IMG/VR virus record: IMGVR_UViG_3300007539_000009
Location: 119,185-183,184 of that record
Strand: one strand, 5' to 3'
Length of the DNA stretch: 64,000 nucleotides
Source: a virus
Made by a program: the position numbers and the translations under genes. Positions 1 to 10,878 of the stretch are shown piece after piece; position 1 is the first letter of the stretch, and each line of letters begins with the position of its first letter. A model generated the notes under the pieces. That model searched no databases. It was not told where the DNA came from and was given only the letters and a program-made list of their open reading frames with translations.

Positions 1-3000
1 ACCGTTGGTGGTCGACTTGAACACCTCGGACCCGCTCTCGAACGTGCCGCCGTTCGAGGTGGTACTGGCGATAGACAGCGTGATGCTGCCGGTCGCTTGA
101 GAGTCAAGCACCGCCTGCCCCTCGAAGTCCGAATCGATGAGTTGCGACGTGATGCGGAATCCCTGGTTGTTACCTACTTCCGGCAACACGACGAGAGCGG
201 TCAGATCAGACTCAAGCGTATCTGCGGCAAGCGGACTTGTTGCCGGGGACGGGGACGCCGATGATGGAGACACCGAGATGTACGCTACTCCACCGGACTG
301 ACCACCTCCCGGAGCAAAGTTGAGGATGCTGAACACATAAGTGCCAGCAGTGCTCAGCAATGCAGGGTCAGGGCTTGCGATAAATAGTGTCGGCGACTGG
401 TACGTGCCCGGAATGGGGGTCGTACCGTTAACGATGACACGCGCAGACTCGTCAAACCCGGAGCCGAAGAGTGAGATCGATGACGGAGGGCTTGCGGTAG
501 AACCAGTGCTAGGGGTGATGCTGAGCAGCGTCGGCACCGGGTTGTTCACTGTGATCGCCGCTGAGTCTTCAGTCAGCACTCCACTAGTGAACCTGACCTC
601 ATATGCTCCTCCCTCGTCGATGCGGAGATCATCGAAGATCGCAAGGCCACCGGTTGTTAGCTTTGAGGTTGTGCCGCTCAGTACGCCATCGAACGAGGTA
701 GGCGCAAGCTGGGCAACGATGGGGACGCCTGAGTCCTCATAGTCCGCATCGATGGTGCCTTCGTTTGTTTGCACCGATACCGCAACTGTGAACGTCTGGT
801 TCTCGTTCAGCGACGACTGCGGCTGTTGGTCTACAGACAACGAGATCGGCGGCGGATCAGGCGGATCGATAATCACTGACTCGCCTGTCACCAGCTGTGA
901 GAAGGCAACGGCTACTTCCGCAAACGAGCCGACGCAGATGAAGCGCTCTACTGTGTAGCCTGCCGTGCTGACGCCGTCGGCCAGCAGCTCCTGCATCAGC
1001 AGCAGCGCGTTGAATTGACCGTACTTCTGCCCTACCGGGTTGAGCTGCCCTAAAGGAGGAAGAATCAGCGTCGACCGGACCGACGAGCTGATCACCTTAT
1101 CGAGCGCGCAGATGCCTACAGCGCGCGTGCCTGTCTGGTTAGACAGGATCATGCCGCCGGGCAGGTCGCTCGGGAAGACCAGCTGATTCGCCGCAGAAAA
1201 TCCTACTTCTGTAGGTCCGTCATCCCCGACAACCGGGAAGTATGTGTAGGCGCGTACAAACTCATCAGTCAGCGCCATGCTCAGCTGCGAGCGTGCCGAG
1301 CCGTCGCGGTTGGTGAGCTCGGGTGTGATGGTGCCGCGAACTCGAATGATTGACGGGTTGCCGAGGTAGTCGACTTCGACGTGCTTGTCGACACGGGCTG
1401 CACTGATAGTCAGCGACGCACCCTGATACGAGAACGGCACGAGATACGGCATGTACACGTCCGTGCGAGCCGCCTTCTCGCCGAATTGAGAGAAGACTAG
1501 CGGTGTATCGCTGGGCTGCGTATACACCTGCAGCAGGTTGCCGCCCTCATTGACGAGGTAGCTGCCGGTGCGGTCAACGCCGCTAAACCCATACTGAGCC
1601 CCACGAGCTTTGGTCAGCGAGTTCAGTACGTTGACGCCATCCCAAGTGAGATCTGAGATAGCCCCACCAAACTCAGCCTCGAAAGTCAGCGTAGCCCGAG
1701 CGCCAACCAACGTCTGGTCACTGGCCAGCGTGCTGTGCGATACACCGTCAGGGTCAGGATCCGTCGGCTGGAGGAACCCGTCGTAGTGGTCTGAGTTGTC
1801 GAGATCGATCGACGCCTCTACTGCTTTCGCCCCACCGTTGAGCCGTTGCCAACCCTTCAGGCCGGAGTACGTCAGCCAGTAGTCAGGAGCAACGTAGGTG
1901 ACAGCACCGGCAATGAACTGGCCTGTGATCTCTGTCTCAGCACCGGGTCCTTCAATGTCGAAGTCCTCGTTGAAGACGACGGCATCGTTGATGTCACCAA
2001 TCGCTACTTTCGCGCCTTGCAGCAGCACGATGCCTTCGCGGTCCACCGTGTGCACGTCGTACTCGCGAGGCCACAAGTCCTGCACGATGCCGTCGACGCG
2101 CCAGTCTTCTGTGAGCCCTGATCCGACCTTGGTAGCGGAGAAGCCGTTGCCTGAGTAGTCGGGGATCGTAAGGCCCCAGCCACGCCAGAAGTGGTAGACA
2201 GCCGTAAGACCGTCGGTCACTAGCGGAGATCCAGTGGTAGCCTCGACCCCGATGTTATGAATCGGCCGGGGAATGCTGAAGCTAGTCTCCAACGCTTCCG
2301 GGTTGAAAGCGTTGGTGAGCGTGATACTTGGCTGCTGAATAGCGCCGCCGACGCTGAACACGGGGCTGCCGGAAGCTACGCCGCCTATCCACAGGTCTTC
2401 GCCTGTGACATCGTTCACCGTCAGGTCCGCTACAGGCGTATCAGGGCTAGGCGAACCGACGCCCCACAGCTCGCCATTGACGACGATCTCAGTGCGGTAC
2501 CGATTGCCCAGGTCCCGATACTGGGCTGTGATCTCAAACCACTCGTTGACCGGCAGGGTGTACGTAGTAGACGCCGGCGTGATGATGGCGGTGCCATCAC
2601 CGAACGGATCAGGCTCCTCGGGGGAATACTCCGGATCGTTAGGCGAGAAGAACGGGTTAGGGAAGACGTAGCTGCCGGGCGAGCCAGGATCCGGGCTAAC
2701 GAACAGCCCTGACGCACCTACCTCGAAGTACGGACGAACAACGCCTTCCTCGAGCACGTTTAGCCCGAGAGTAATCGGACCGTACGAGAAGATGACCGGC
2801 GTCTCTCCGCCAACGTAGCTGCCAGAGTTGATCTTCAGCCAAGTGCGGAACGCAAACTCCGACCCACTTGAGTAGTCAAGCGTGTTGGCGGCAGGCAATA
2901 GAGCATTAGTGACTCCTGTGTTCGCCACCTGCAGCCGGCGATCACCTGTGAGCTCAATAGCCTTACCCGTGCGGTACCCTTGGCCTGAGTCAGCGATCCA

Positions 3001-6000
3001 GTAGTTGCTGGGCGACTCGTACCTAACCGCAAGGTTGCCAAGCCCGCGCTTCTCCGAGTAGCGACGAGCAAAGACTGACGACTGGTTGAGGAACTGATCG
3101 TCCCCAACGAGGTAGTGCACGCCCGGAGCGAGCGTAGCCGGAGGTTCAGTGAGCTGCGACGCTACCTCAGGGCCAAACGAATACAGGTACGGCGTGTACA
3201 ACCAGCCATCACTGTCCGTCTGGTCGTTGAACTCGGCCTGAGCAATAAACGACTCACCTGCCAGCAGCGTGTTAGCCAGCGGGTTGTCGGATTGCAGCGA
3301 TAAGCTCGGGCTGCCTTCGACGAGCGTAGCTGTGGTCGTATCGGCCAGCGCGCTGTTATCAGCAACCTCGTCCTCAAACGCCTCAGTGAAGACAATAGGC
3401 TGCGTCTCCGCCGGACGGATTCGATCCAAGAACACAGCTACGTCTTCGAGCTGTGCCTGTTCCGTTGCCAGTCCCCATCGCAGCTTGACAGCGAAAACGT
3501 GATGCTTGAACACGTTCGCAAGCTGGGTGTTCAGCAGCTGGATGTTCTCGCCGACTGCTTGCGCCTGCGTCGGATCAAGCGCCTCATCTAAGTACAGGAA
3601 CTGGTCGAGTGTGCGCGTCTGACGAGCCCAAACGGTGTACTCCGTTACCGAAGGTGCGAGAATACCACCGCCGTACCCGTACTGCCCGTACTGCCCGTCG
3701 CCATAGCCAATTGGGAAGGCACCGATAGTCTCAGAGTCAAACGTGACGCGTAGCGTGTGCGCATCTACGACCTCTACTACTCGTCCGTACTGCGTCGCTG
3801 CGGCTGACGACGGCAGCGTGAGGTAAGACTGCGCAGCCACCTCCTGAACCTGGACTGCTCCCACAACAGGGGACAGATCAGGCGAACTAGGAGCAGCCTT
3901 ACCAGTAGGCCAGACGCAAGTGATGAGACTGCCCGAGCCAGTCGGGCTACTATTGTCGACAGCAAATGCCTCATCAAGCTCGTTCTGCCACGCAAGCGGC
4001 GCATTGACTAGCCCGAGTAGCGTGCTAAAGCCGCTCGGACTGTCGAGCAGGTTCTCGATAACAAACGGAGGCACGCTCGCAGTTGTGATGCTGAGCGAGC
4101 CGGCCGGGAACCCAGCTGTGACCGTAGAGTCGTACGACAGGTGCGTGACGTCGACGGCGCCTGTGTTAGTGGGCAGGAACGCACTCTGCTGCGCCTGCTC
4201 GAGCGTAGCAAAGCTGGTGATGCCCAGCTTGATGAGATCCCCAGCCCACACTTCTTGCTCAAAGAAGTTGACGCTGAAATCAGTCAACAGCCCAGTAGCG
4301 TTATTGAACGTAGCAACCGTGCTCGTGAAGTTGGACGGCGTGCGCACGTCCAATCGCTTAGCGAACTGGTAATCGTCAGAGAACTGCTCAGCAAAGAACG
4401 CGAGCAGTCCAACGTCAGCAAGCTCGTCCCGATCGTACACCGTCACCAGGTCATTGACGGCGTAGAACTTAGACATCTCCTGCGGTGCGCGCAGCACACG
4501 CAGCGGCTGCTCCGGAAGCAGCGGCACTACGAAAGTAGCAGTACCGTCAGACGGTTGAACAGTCAGCCCCTGCCCTGTTGTGGTATCGACAATACCAGCG
4601 GCCGTACCTGCTTGATCCAAGAAGGCGGATCCCAGCAGGATGCTTCCGTAGTTCTGGATCGCACTCTTAGTGGACGCACCACGGTACGCCGCGTACAGCG
4701 ACGCAGTGAGCCCACGGTACTCCGCGCTCGAGTCGCGAACCAGGTCAATAGGCTCGCCCCACACCTGGGCGATGGTCTGCTCATCAACGTCCGTCTCGAA
4801 GAACCAACCTTCCTCGAGCCGCACGTCTGCGTACAGGAGAGTCTCATCTTCCTGCACTACCAGGTCAAAGTCACCCGCAGGTCCGTTGAGCTCGGTGTCC
4901 CACTGCGTGACGCCATCACGGATGATGGCAACGTTGGTGATCTGTCCGCGGTAGCCGTAGTCGATGTCAACGCGCACCGGCAGGCTGTGCAGATACGCCT
5001 TTGAGTCGATGGCCGCGTTGATAGTGACCGTCAGGCCCGGAGTCAGCGCATTGTCAAACTGCACGAACTGGTCGGAGACGATCGTGAACTCTTCGGGGTC
5101 TGTGAAGACAAACCCGTCACGGAAGATCTGTACCGGATACTTGTCGCGGTCAAAGCTATCATCCAGCTTGACCGTGAACTGCTCCAGGATCGTCGGAGGG
5201 ATTGTGATCTCACCGAAGATGTGCCGGTGGTTGTCTTGGGTCTCTTGGTCGACGTAGTAGATGTCGACGATGGCGCCAACCGGCAGCACTTCCGCGAACT
5301 GGATAGTGCGGCTGTCAGTGAACGTGTAACTAGCCGGCTCAACCAGCGTGGAGTCGTAGTCGAACTCTGTGTCGTCTACGAACACCTGGATGGGGAACTG
5401 CTCTTTGGGCTCGTCTGCTGCGTCGAGGGCAAAGGGCCGAGTGATCGGAACAGCCACTGTGTCGGTGGCCTCGTCAAGCACCTCACGATAGCTAGCATGG
5501 CTATGCGCTTCGACAATCGGCGCGACCAGCTTGAACGTGACACCGTTGTTTGGGGCCCGATCGAACCCTAGAGTGGTGGCGGTCAGTGACGGGTTGAGGA
5601 TGTTAGTGCCGAGATACAGCACCTCTACCTGATCCGGGTCCACCGTCCGCTCGAGTTGAATCTTGCGGGTCGGCTTCGATACCTCAACTGTCTGAACGCC
5701 TCGTGCGTCCTTGATCCGTACTCGAGCGCCGCCGTGGAACGAATTCCCTCCGAGCAACGACAGCTCGGTAGCGGTGACGTTGACAAACTCAGCACCGAGG
5801 CGGAACCCTACGCGCACGTCTGCTGCGACCACGGTGACGCCTGAAGTGACCGACAGCGTCAGTGTCTGACCGGCAGCCGGCAGCTCTTTGAACAGCAGCG
5901 TGTCGTCAGACAGTCGTAGCTGCAGCAGGTTGCCGGCACCGATACCGCCGAGCGGCTTCTGGGTGATGATAGGTGCCGTCGGGTCGCTGTAGTCAATGTC

Positions 6001-6819
6001 TAGCAGCGACAGCGCGTTGAACGACTCCAGAAACAGCTGAGCATCGACCGGGTCGTAGGTGATCGCGGTGCCATCAACTTGCGGTGTGTAGCTGGTCGTA
6101 GTGCCGTTGCTCAGCCCCTGAACGATCTGCTGATCACGGAACGCGTAAACAGAGATGCGCTCAATCTCAGCCGCAGGCGTCCACTCCTGCGACGTGTTCT
6201 CGGTCGATTGCTGGGGCTGCTCGCCCGGTGCACCCGCTCCGAGGTTACCGCTGTTGTTGACGTTGGAGCTCGCACTGCCAACAAACTCCCCGGCCAGGAA
6301 CTTGGCGAACTTACCAACAGGGTTGCCGTTTGCGTCCACTGACGCATCGAACACCAACGTCGTGCCTTGAACTAGCTCTCCGCTATCCACCCACGGCTCG
6401 AGCGAGCACGTGTACACGTAAGTGGGCACCGCCCGTCCATCCAGCAGGACTTGTACCCGACCCTTGAGGGCGTGGTCAGGTATGCGAACGCGGTAGAGCT
6501 CGGTTACAGAGCTGTCCGCGTTGATGGTCTGATCAGCGACAGGCCAGTCCTGGAAAGTCTGCCAGTGAGCATGCGGTACCTGCAGAGACTGCCAGTTGCC
6601 AAGCTCCTGGAATACCAGAGGGTAAAACGTCTGGACAGGAACAGTCGACAGGTCACGCGCGGCATCAAGCTGAAACAGCTTCGCGTAGTCACTGTCTTGG
6701 GCGCGGATCCACGCCTCGTAAATCGCTGTGAGCTCGGGTCGATTCGCGTAGAAGTCGCGGTAGATCGACGGGAGGTAGTCGAACAGCGGGTTGGGATCGA
6801 AGGTCTTGTCGTCAGCCAC
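1..6819 (-). CDS. Very large (>2270 aa, runs off the window) baseplate wedge/tail structural protein
   Basis: Absent from the ORF track because it is truncated. GTG start at 6819 (VADDKTFDPNPLFDYLPSIYRDFY...). Frame spot-checked as open and protein-like at several points down to position 1. Contains GYGDGQYGQYGYGGG and FLDRIRPAETQP (P2 gpI-like wedge ending); lies directly downstream of baseplate J. Confidence 0.75.
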   Translation of the reverse strand, partial: MADDKTFDPNPLFDYLPSIYRDFYANRPELTAIYEAWIRAQDSDYAKLFQLDAARDLSTVPVQTFYPLVFQELGNWQSLQVPHAHWQTFQDWPVADQTINADSSVTELYRVRIPDHALKGRVQVLLDGRAVPTYVYTCSLEPWVDSGELVQGTTLVFDASVDANGNPVGKFAKFLAGEFVGSASSNVNNSGNLGAGAPGEQPQQSTENTSQEWTPAAEIERISVYAFRDQQIVQGLSNGTTTSYTPQVDGTAITYDPVDAQLFLESFNALSLLDIDYSDPTAPIITQKPLGGIGAGNLLQLRLSDDTLLFKELPAAGQTLTLSVTSGVTVVAADVRVGFRLGAEFVNVTATELSLLGGNSFHGGARVRIKDARGVQTVEVSKPTRKIQLERTVDPDQVEVLYLGTNILNPSLTATTLGFDRAPNNGVTFKLVAPIVEAHSHASYREVLDEATDTVAVPITRPFALDAADEPKEQFPIQVFVDDTEFDYDSTLVEPASYTFTDSRTIQFAEVLPVGAIVDIYYVDQETQDNHRHIFGEITIPPTILEQFTVKLDDSFDRDKYPVQIFRDGFVFTDPEEFTIVSDQFVQFDNALTPGLTVTINAAIDSKAYLHSLPVRVDIDYGYRGQITNVAIIRDGVTQWDTELNGPAGDFDLVVQEDETLLYADVRLEEGWFFETDVDEQTIAQVWGEPIDLVRDSSAEYRGLTASLYAAYRGASTKSAIQNYGSILLGSAFLDQAGTAAGIVDTTTGQGLTVQPSDGTATFVVPLLPEQPLRVLRAPQEMSKFYAVNDLVTVYDRDELADVGLLAFFAEQFSDDYQFAKRLDVRTPSNFTSTVATFNNATGLLTDFSVNFFEQEVWAGDLIKLGITSFATLEQAQQSAFLPTNTGAVDVTHLSYDSTVTAGFPAGSLSITTASVPPFVIENLLDSPSGFSTLLGLVNAPLAWQNELDEAFAVDNSSPTGSGSLITCVWPTGKAAPSSPDLSPVVGAVQVQEVAAQSYLTLPSSAAATQYGRVVEVVDAHTLRVTFDSETIGAFPIGYGDGQYGQYGYGGGILAPSVTEYTVWARQTRTLDQFLYLDEALDPTQAQAVGENIQLLNTQLANVFKHHVFAVKLRWGLATEQAQLEDVAVFLDRIRPAETQPIVFTEAFEDEVADNSALADTTTATLVEGSPSLSLQSDNPLANTLLAGESFIAQAEFNDQTDSDGWLYTPYLYSFGPEVASQLTEPPATLAPGVHYLVGDDQFLNQSSVFARRYSEKRGLGNLAVRYESPSNYWIADSGQGYRTGKAIELTGDRRLQVANTGVTNALLPAANTLDYSSGSEFAFRTWLKINSGSYVGGETPVIFSYGPITLGLNVLEEGVVRPYFEVGASGLFVSPDPGSPGSYVFPNPFFSPNDPEYSPEEPDPFGDGTAIITPASTTYTLPVNEWFEITAQYRDLGNRYRTEIVVNGELWGVGSPSPDTPVADLTVNDVTGEDLWIGGVASGSPVFSVGGAIQQPSITLTNAFNPEALETSFSIPRPIHNIGVEATTGSPLVTDGLTAVYHFWRGWGLTIPDYSGNGFSATKVGSGLTEDWRVDGIVQDLWPREYDVHTVDREGIVLLQGAKVAIGDINDAVVFNEDFDIEGPGAETEITGQFIAGAVTYVAPDYWLTYSGLKGWQRLNGGAKAVEASIDLDNSDHYDGFLQPTDPDPDGVSHSTLASDQTLVGARATLTFEAEFGGAISDLTWDGVNVLNSLTKARGAQYGFSGVDRTGSYLVNEGGNLLQVYTQPSDTPLVFSQFGEKAARTDVYMPYLVPFSYQGASLTISAARVDKHVEVDYLGNPSIIRVRGTITPELTNRDGSARSQLSMALTDEFVRAYTYFPVVGDDGPTEVGFSAANQLVFPSDLPGGMILSNQTGTRAVGICALDKVISSSVRSTLILPPLGQLNPVGQKYGQFNALLLMQELLADGVSTAGYTVERFICVGSFAEVAVAFSQLVTGESVIIDPPDPPPISLSVDQQPQSSLNENQTFTVAVSVQTNEGTIDADYEDSGVPIVAQLAPTSFDGVLSGTTSKLTTGGLAIFDDLRIDEGGAYEVRFTSGVLTEDSAAITVNNPVPTLLSITPSTGSTASPPSSISLFGSGFDESARVIVNGTTPIPGTYQSPTLFIASPDPALLSTAGTYVFSILNFAPGGGQSGGVAYISVSPSSASPSPATSPLAADTLESDLTALVVLPEVGNNQGFRITSQLIDSDFEGQAVLDSQATGSITLSIASTTSNGGTFESGSEVFKSTTNG

Positions 6820-6941
6820 GGAGCACCTGGACGGCGGTAAACGTCTTTCCCATTGTTAGCTAAAGCTGTCTGTAGAAGCAGCGAGGCGGCCCATAACTTG
6901 AGCCGCCTGCACACTACTAGATGGTGGTGGGGATCACCAGC

Positions 6942-8942
6942 TCAGACCTTGGTGATACTGAGATCGGTATCGGCAGCCCAGACTTGGCCCGGATCGAGAG
7001 CCAAGCGGTCTTCTGATTCGGCGAAGACGAACGATCCAGCGCCTGTGTCGTATCGAGACCGCAAAGTCACAGGCATCGTTACGTCCTGCACATTGAACAG
7101 TGCAAGAACAGTGACCAGCTCGTTGACTGTCACTGCCTCTCCAAAGGGCTTGCCGTTGATGTACTCAGTGATGATGTCACGAACGCTCTGCAACGTGGCA
7201 TCACCGGAGAACGTCAGTTCAACATCAAGGATGACGGTAACTGGCGTCTTGACTTGGATGTCTTTGGTGATGTCCCGGTTATCGGCGTTGTCTAGGAACG
7301 CCTCAATCAGCGGGATGTCCGGGCTGGTGAGGTACGTGACCTTGATCCGGGTACCGATGAACATCGGGATCTCTGCAAGCACGTTGCCGAGGCCGTCTAG
7401 CACCGGCTCAGAGCCGTAAATCCTTAGAACATCAGAGGTTGCGGTTGTAAATCGACCACGAACCTCCTGCCGCACCAGGGCGTAGTGCGTGTCAGGCTCG
7501 AGCTCGCGGATGACGATGTCCTCGTCAACTGCGTCCACCTGCTCAACACGCACGATGGCCTGCACCGGCTCCTGGAACCCGGTGCCGTCCTCGAAGAGGT
7601 TGACGCCGGCTGAGTTGACGAACGTAGATGTCAACGGCACTTCGCTGACATCTACATCTGCGTCGGTGGAAGCGGGCGGCAAGCTGGAGATGACAACTTC
7701 AGCCGGAGTGACGGCGGACGACTCCACGTACACGTCGACCTTGCCGCCAATGTGGAACTGGTTGGTGTTGTAGAAACCGAACAGCTGGTAGGGGTTGTCT
7801 GCTAGGTTGGTGGCCACGTTGACCGTAGACGTGTCCTTGAACGGCCGATCGATGCGGGCCACCTTGACCGGATCTCCTCCCGGAGCAACCGGTACTTCCT
7901 CTACTCGAGCAATCTTGTAGTCGTTGTTGACGAAGTCAGGGTCGTCCTCGTTCAGCAAGCGCAACCGAAAGTTCTGTTGTACAGACACTTGCTCGAACGT
8001 GACGCCATCCTGTGTTACCTGCAGCGCGTTGTAATTGAGACCCAGCAGGTCATACACCGCACCCACAAACCCACCTACCGGCGCTGTAATCGGGTCTCCA
8101 TTGGTGTCTGTCCACTGCACGTTGCCATCAGCGTCTAGCGGCAGGTTGACCTTCTGGCAGAACGACTGGCTAAACAGCGGCTGGTCAGCCAGAGCTATCT
8201 GCGCAACGTCGCGAGTCATCAGCGGGTCGCCGAAGCCTTGGACCGACACACGCTTCACAGTCGGGAACTGGGCCAAGATCGCTGACTCAATAGCCACCGC
8301 TTTGACCAGGTCACGGTTGGTGACTGACGTCTTGATGCGAGCAAAGAGCTCAGCGTTACCTTCCGGGTTGGCCGCACCGAAGTAGGCCAGGGGATTGAAG
8401 GTGCGGAGCGCGCCAGGCACCCCTGTGACCCCAGTGACTGCGCCAGCCGCTGCCAGGTACTCATCACCGACGTCCTCGGCGATGGTGTTCACATCAACGA
8501 AAAACTCACCAGTACTGGCGATCGTGTTCGCAGCGACCGCAGCTGAGCTGAAGGTTTGACGAGAAATCGGCCGAAATCTGCGGCCGGCATCGTCTGTGAA
8601 CACTACGTTGGTCGTAACTTCCACAGCCTGTGTTGTGGCGAACACGATCCGTTGAGATCCCGTAGCTTTCTCGCCTTGGCGACGATCCACCAAGAAGTTG
8701 GCCGCGAGCCGGTCGAGCTCCTCAGGGAGCATGCCCGCGTAGTTGGCCAACGACTGGTTTCGTTGGATGACCCTCGTCTGGTCTCGGAACCGCTGGAACA
8801 ACAGCGAAGCCGGCGTGATGAGGATGTCATGAACGGCAGAACCAGCGCCGACATTGAGCTTAGGTGCCTGCTCCCGCAGGACTTGTCGGACGAGGGCCTC
8901 GACGGGCACACTGAACCGGTTCTTATCGTTGATCGTCGCCAT
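6942..8942 (-). CDS. Baseplate J-like (wedge) protein, 666 aa
   Basis: N-terminal GSAVHDILITPA, ELDRLAANFLVDRRQGEKATG, NPEGNAELFARIK...AIESAILAQFPTVKRVSVQG, typical of the baseplate J family. Confidence 0.85.
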   Translation of the reverse strand: MATINDKNRFSVPVEALVRQVLREQAPKLNVGAGSAVHDILITPASLLFQRFRDQTRVIQRNQSLANYAGMLPEELDRLAANFLVDRRQGEKATGSQRIVFATTQAVEVTTNVVFTDDAGRRFRPISRQTFSSAAVAANTIASTGEFFVDVNTIAEDVGDEYLAAAGAVTGVTGVPGALRTFNPLAYFGAANPEGNAELFARIKTSVTNRDLVKAVAIESAILAQFPTVKRVSVQGFGDPLMTRDVAQIALADQPLFSQSFCQKVNLPLDADGNVQWTDTNGDPITAPVGGFVGAVYDLLGLNYNALQVTQDGVTFEQVSVQQNFRLRLLNEDDPDFVNNDYKIARVEEVPVAPGGDPVKVARIDRPFKDTSTVNVATNLADNPYQLFGFYNTNQFHIGGKVDVYVESSAVTPAEVVISSLPPASTDADVDVSEVPLTSTFVNSAGVNLFEDGTGFQEPVQAIVRVEQVDAVDEDIVIRELEPDTHYALVRQEVRGRFTTATSDVLRIYGSEPVLDGLGNVLAEIPMFIGTRIKVTYLTSPDIPLIEAFLDNADNRDITKDIQVKTPVTVILDVELTFSGDATLQSVRDIITEYINGKPFGEAVTVNELVTVLALFNVQDVTMPVTLRSRYDTGAGSFVFAESEDRLALDPGQVWAADTDLSITKV

Positions 8943-9009
8943 TCGCGTAAGTCTACTGGGCTCAATCGATTGTAGCTGAGCCGCAAAGACCCCTAGTTAG
9001 TCAGAGACT

Positions 9010-9882
9010 ATGAACAAGCTGATCCGAGCCTTGGCTGCCACAGACATCCCTAAGCCGATCGATGCGGTGCGTGATGACTTGGCAGACGCGGCAAAAGAGT
9101 ACTTCCCGGTGCTGTACCAACTGAACCGGTCCCTGGACTCAGAGAGCGAGCACAGCACTCGTGGCCTCACTCTCGGCCTCGCTAACGCGTACTACGCACT
9201 CACTGTAGAGTTCGAAGATGACCCGTTCGGGGCGTTCAATCTCGAACCCCCGGACATTGACTTCATCCAGGCGATCGAGAAGACCTTCTCAGGGCAGCAA
9301 GCTCAGATCGAGGGAATGGACGCTAGGGAGCTGGTGGCGCTGGTCACTGGGAGCTACCCCGCGCTCGAGGCGGCGCTGGACGGGGAGAAGACGGAAGCAG
9401 AGGAGGACTTCCAGTCGGGGGTGACTGTGGGCCTAACCGCTGTGGCCCTGCGCGCTGCGATGGCGGACGCGGACGAGCCGGAGGATGAAGAGGAGGACTT
9501 TGCAGACCTCGGCGAGCCCGGCATTGAGCTCGTAAATGCGGAGGAGGACTACCAGGATCCGGCTACCGACGGTGAGGGGCCGCAACCTCCGGACGAGGAT
9601 CTCGCTGCCATCGAATCGCTGAGTCAGTTGCTAGGCGAACTACAAGCGCTGAATCACGGCGCCATGCCGTCGCTTGCAGTCAGCGATGATGGGCTGCTTC
9701 GCCTGTCGCTCGCAGTGGTTTGCGACGATCACCACAACGTTGACTTGATGACTCTGCAGAGGGTTAGAGACCTGCTAATGCGGTGCTCACCCGACAGCGC
9801 TAGAGAGCAAGTCGTCATTCGCGCTATCGAATCATCGATCGTTGTGACGGCTACGTTGCCGGACTTTAGGCCTATCAAATAG
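9010..9882 (+). CDS. Acidic hypothetical protein, 290 aa
   Basis: Long ORF with coding-like codon use and D/E-rich centre; no recognisable motif. Confidence 0.7.
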   Translation: MNKLIRALAATDIPKPIDAVRDDLADAAKEYFPVLYQLNRSLDSESEHSTRGLTLGLANAYYALTVEFEDDPFGAFNLEPPDIDFIQAIEKTFSGQQAQIEGMDARELVALVTGSYPALEAALDGEKTEAEEDFQSGVTVGLTAVALRAAMADADEPEDEEEDFADLGEPGIELVNAEEDYQDPATDGEGPQPPDEDLAAIESLSQLLGELQALNHGAMPSLAVSDDGLLRLSLAVVCDDHHNVDLMTLQRVRDLLMRCSPDSAREQVVIRAIESSIVVTATLPDFRPIK

Positions 9883-9916
9883 TGCCAAAACTGTCGCAGT
9901 ATGCGGCAAGAGTTAG

Positions 9917-10339
9917 ATGACCGATCGTGTACTCCAGCAGAAAGGAATAACCATGATCTGGTGTCTAATTCTGGCCGGCGTGTGTGCGCTGGCCCTGTTA
10001 CTGACAGGGCACATTTTCGTTGCCCTGATCGTGGCCGCCCTGTTCGTAGTACTCCCGGCACTCGTCGTGTCGGGATTTCAGCTGGGCGTCGACCTCGCCC
10101 AGTGGTCGCTTGACCACTGGGGCACCGTAGTGGTGCTCGCCCTGCTGTTCATAGGGTTCAAGCTCTTCGGAAGCCTCCGCCGTGCGTGGGAGATGTCCGA
10201 AGAAGGGCAGAGTCACTACACGCAGGAGCTCGCCCTGCGCGTCTCGTACGGCGAGCTCACACAAAAGCAGGCCCGGAAAGAGGTAAAGAAAAAGCCTCAC
10301 CGATACCCTCCTGTCATCCGCGAGAGGATGCTCAGATGA
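9917..10339 (+). CDS. Small multi-pass membrane protein
   Basis: Three hydrophobic segments and a basic C-terminus; its TGA overlaps the next ATG (ATGA). Confidence 0.7.
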   Translation: MTDRVLQQKGITMIWCLILAGVCALALLLTGHIFVALIVAALFVVLPALVVSGFQLGVDLAQWSLDHWGTVVVLALLFIGFKLFGSLRRAWEMSEEGQSHYTQELALRVSYGELTQKQARKEVKKKPHRYPPVIRERMLR

Positions 10340-10878
10340 GGCGGGCGGTCGTACTGCTGTTGCTGTGCGGCTGCGCCACCCCTAAGGTCGAAGACGGTGC
10401 ACGCGCCGTCTTTGATCTTACGGCAACGCCGTCGGATACGTCGACAGCTTGGGGCCTCGGCCTCTACGGCTACCGCACGAACCATCGTGTCGGTATGCAC
10501 TTCAACCTCCAAGCAACCATTGAGCATCGCGAGGAGTACGACTTCGTCGGAAACCCCTTCGGGGACCCGGTAGTCGGTGAAGAGCGTGACTTGTGGGCCT
10601 TCAACGTTGGCCCCACGTTACTGCTCATGGATACCGCAACCGTGGACTGGGGCCTGTTCGCAGGTCTAGGTTACGGCGGCGTGACCACGTACGACGTGCT
10701 AGATGATCCAACGGGTATCCTCAACGGGCCTGATGGTGTCTACCACGCCAAGCGTGACGAGGAAGCGGGTGTGAACTTCAACGTAGGCTCGCACTTGCTG
10801 ATCAACCGTGCGGCGCTTGGCGCGTCGTACAGCACTCAACTCGAAGCAGTGTCGTTCCATGTCGGCGTTGCTTTCTAA
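10336..10878 (+). CDS. Outer-membrane beta-barrel-like lipoprotein (OmpX/Lom-like fold suspected)
   Basis: Signal/lipobox MRRAVVLLLLCGC, alternating amphipathic strands (WAFNVGPT, WGLFAGLGYG, GVNFNVGS) and C-terminal aromatic ending VSFHVGVAF. Confidence 0.65.
   Translation: MRRAVVLLLLCGCATPKVEDGARAVFDLTATPSDTSTAWGLGLYGYRTNHRVGMHFNLQATIEHREEYDFVGNPFGDPVVGEERDLWAFNVGPTLLLMDTATVDWGLFAGLGYGGVTTYDVLDDPTGILNGPDGVYHAKRDEEAGVNFNVGSHLLINRAALGASYSTQLEAVSFHVGVAF

Noticed and set aside
3672-3712. Tandem repeat CCCGTACTG
   Set aside because: Encodes the GYGDGQYGQYGYGG peptide within the large baseplate protein.
341-6840. Numerous 60-290 aa ORFs on the plus strand and alternative minus frames
   Set aside because: Shadow ORFs of the >2270-aa minus-strand gene, which the track missed because it runs off the window.
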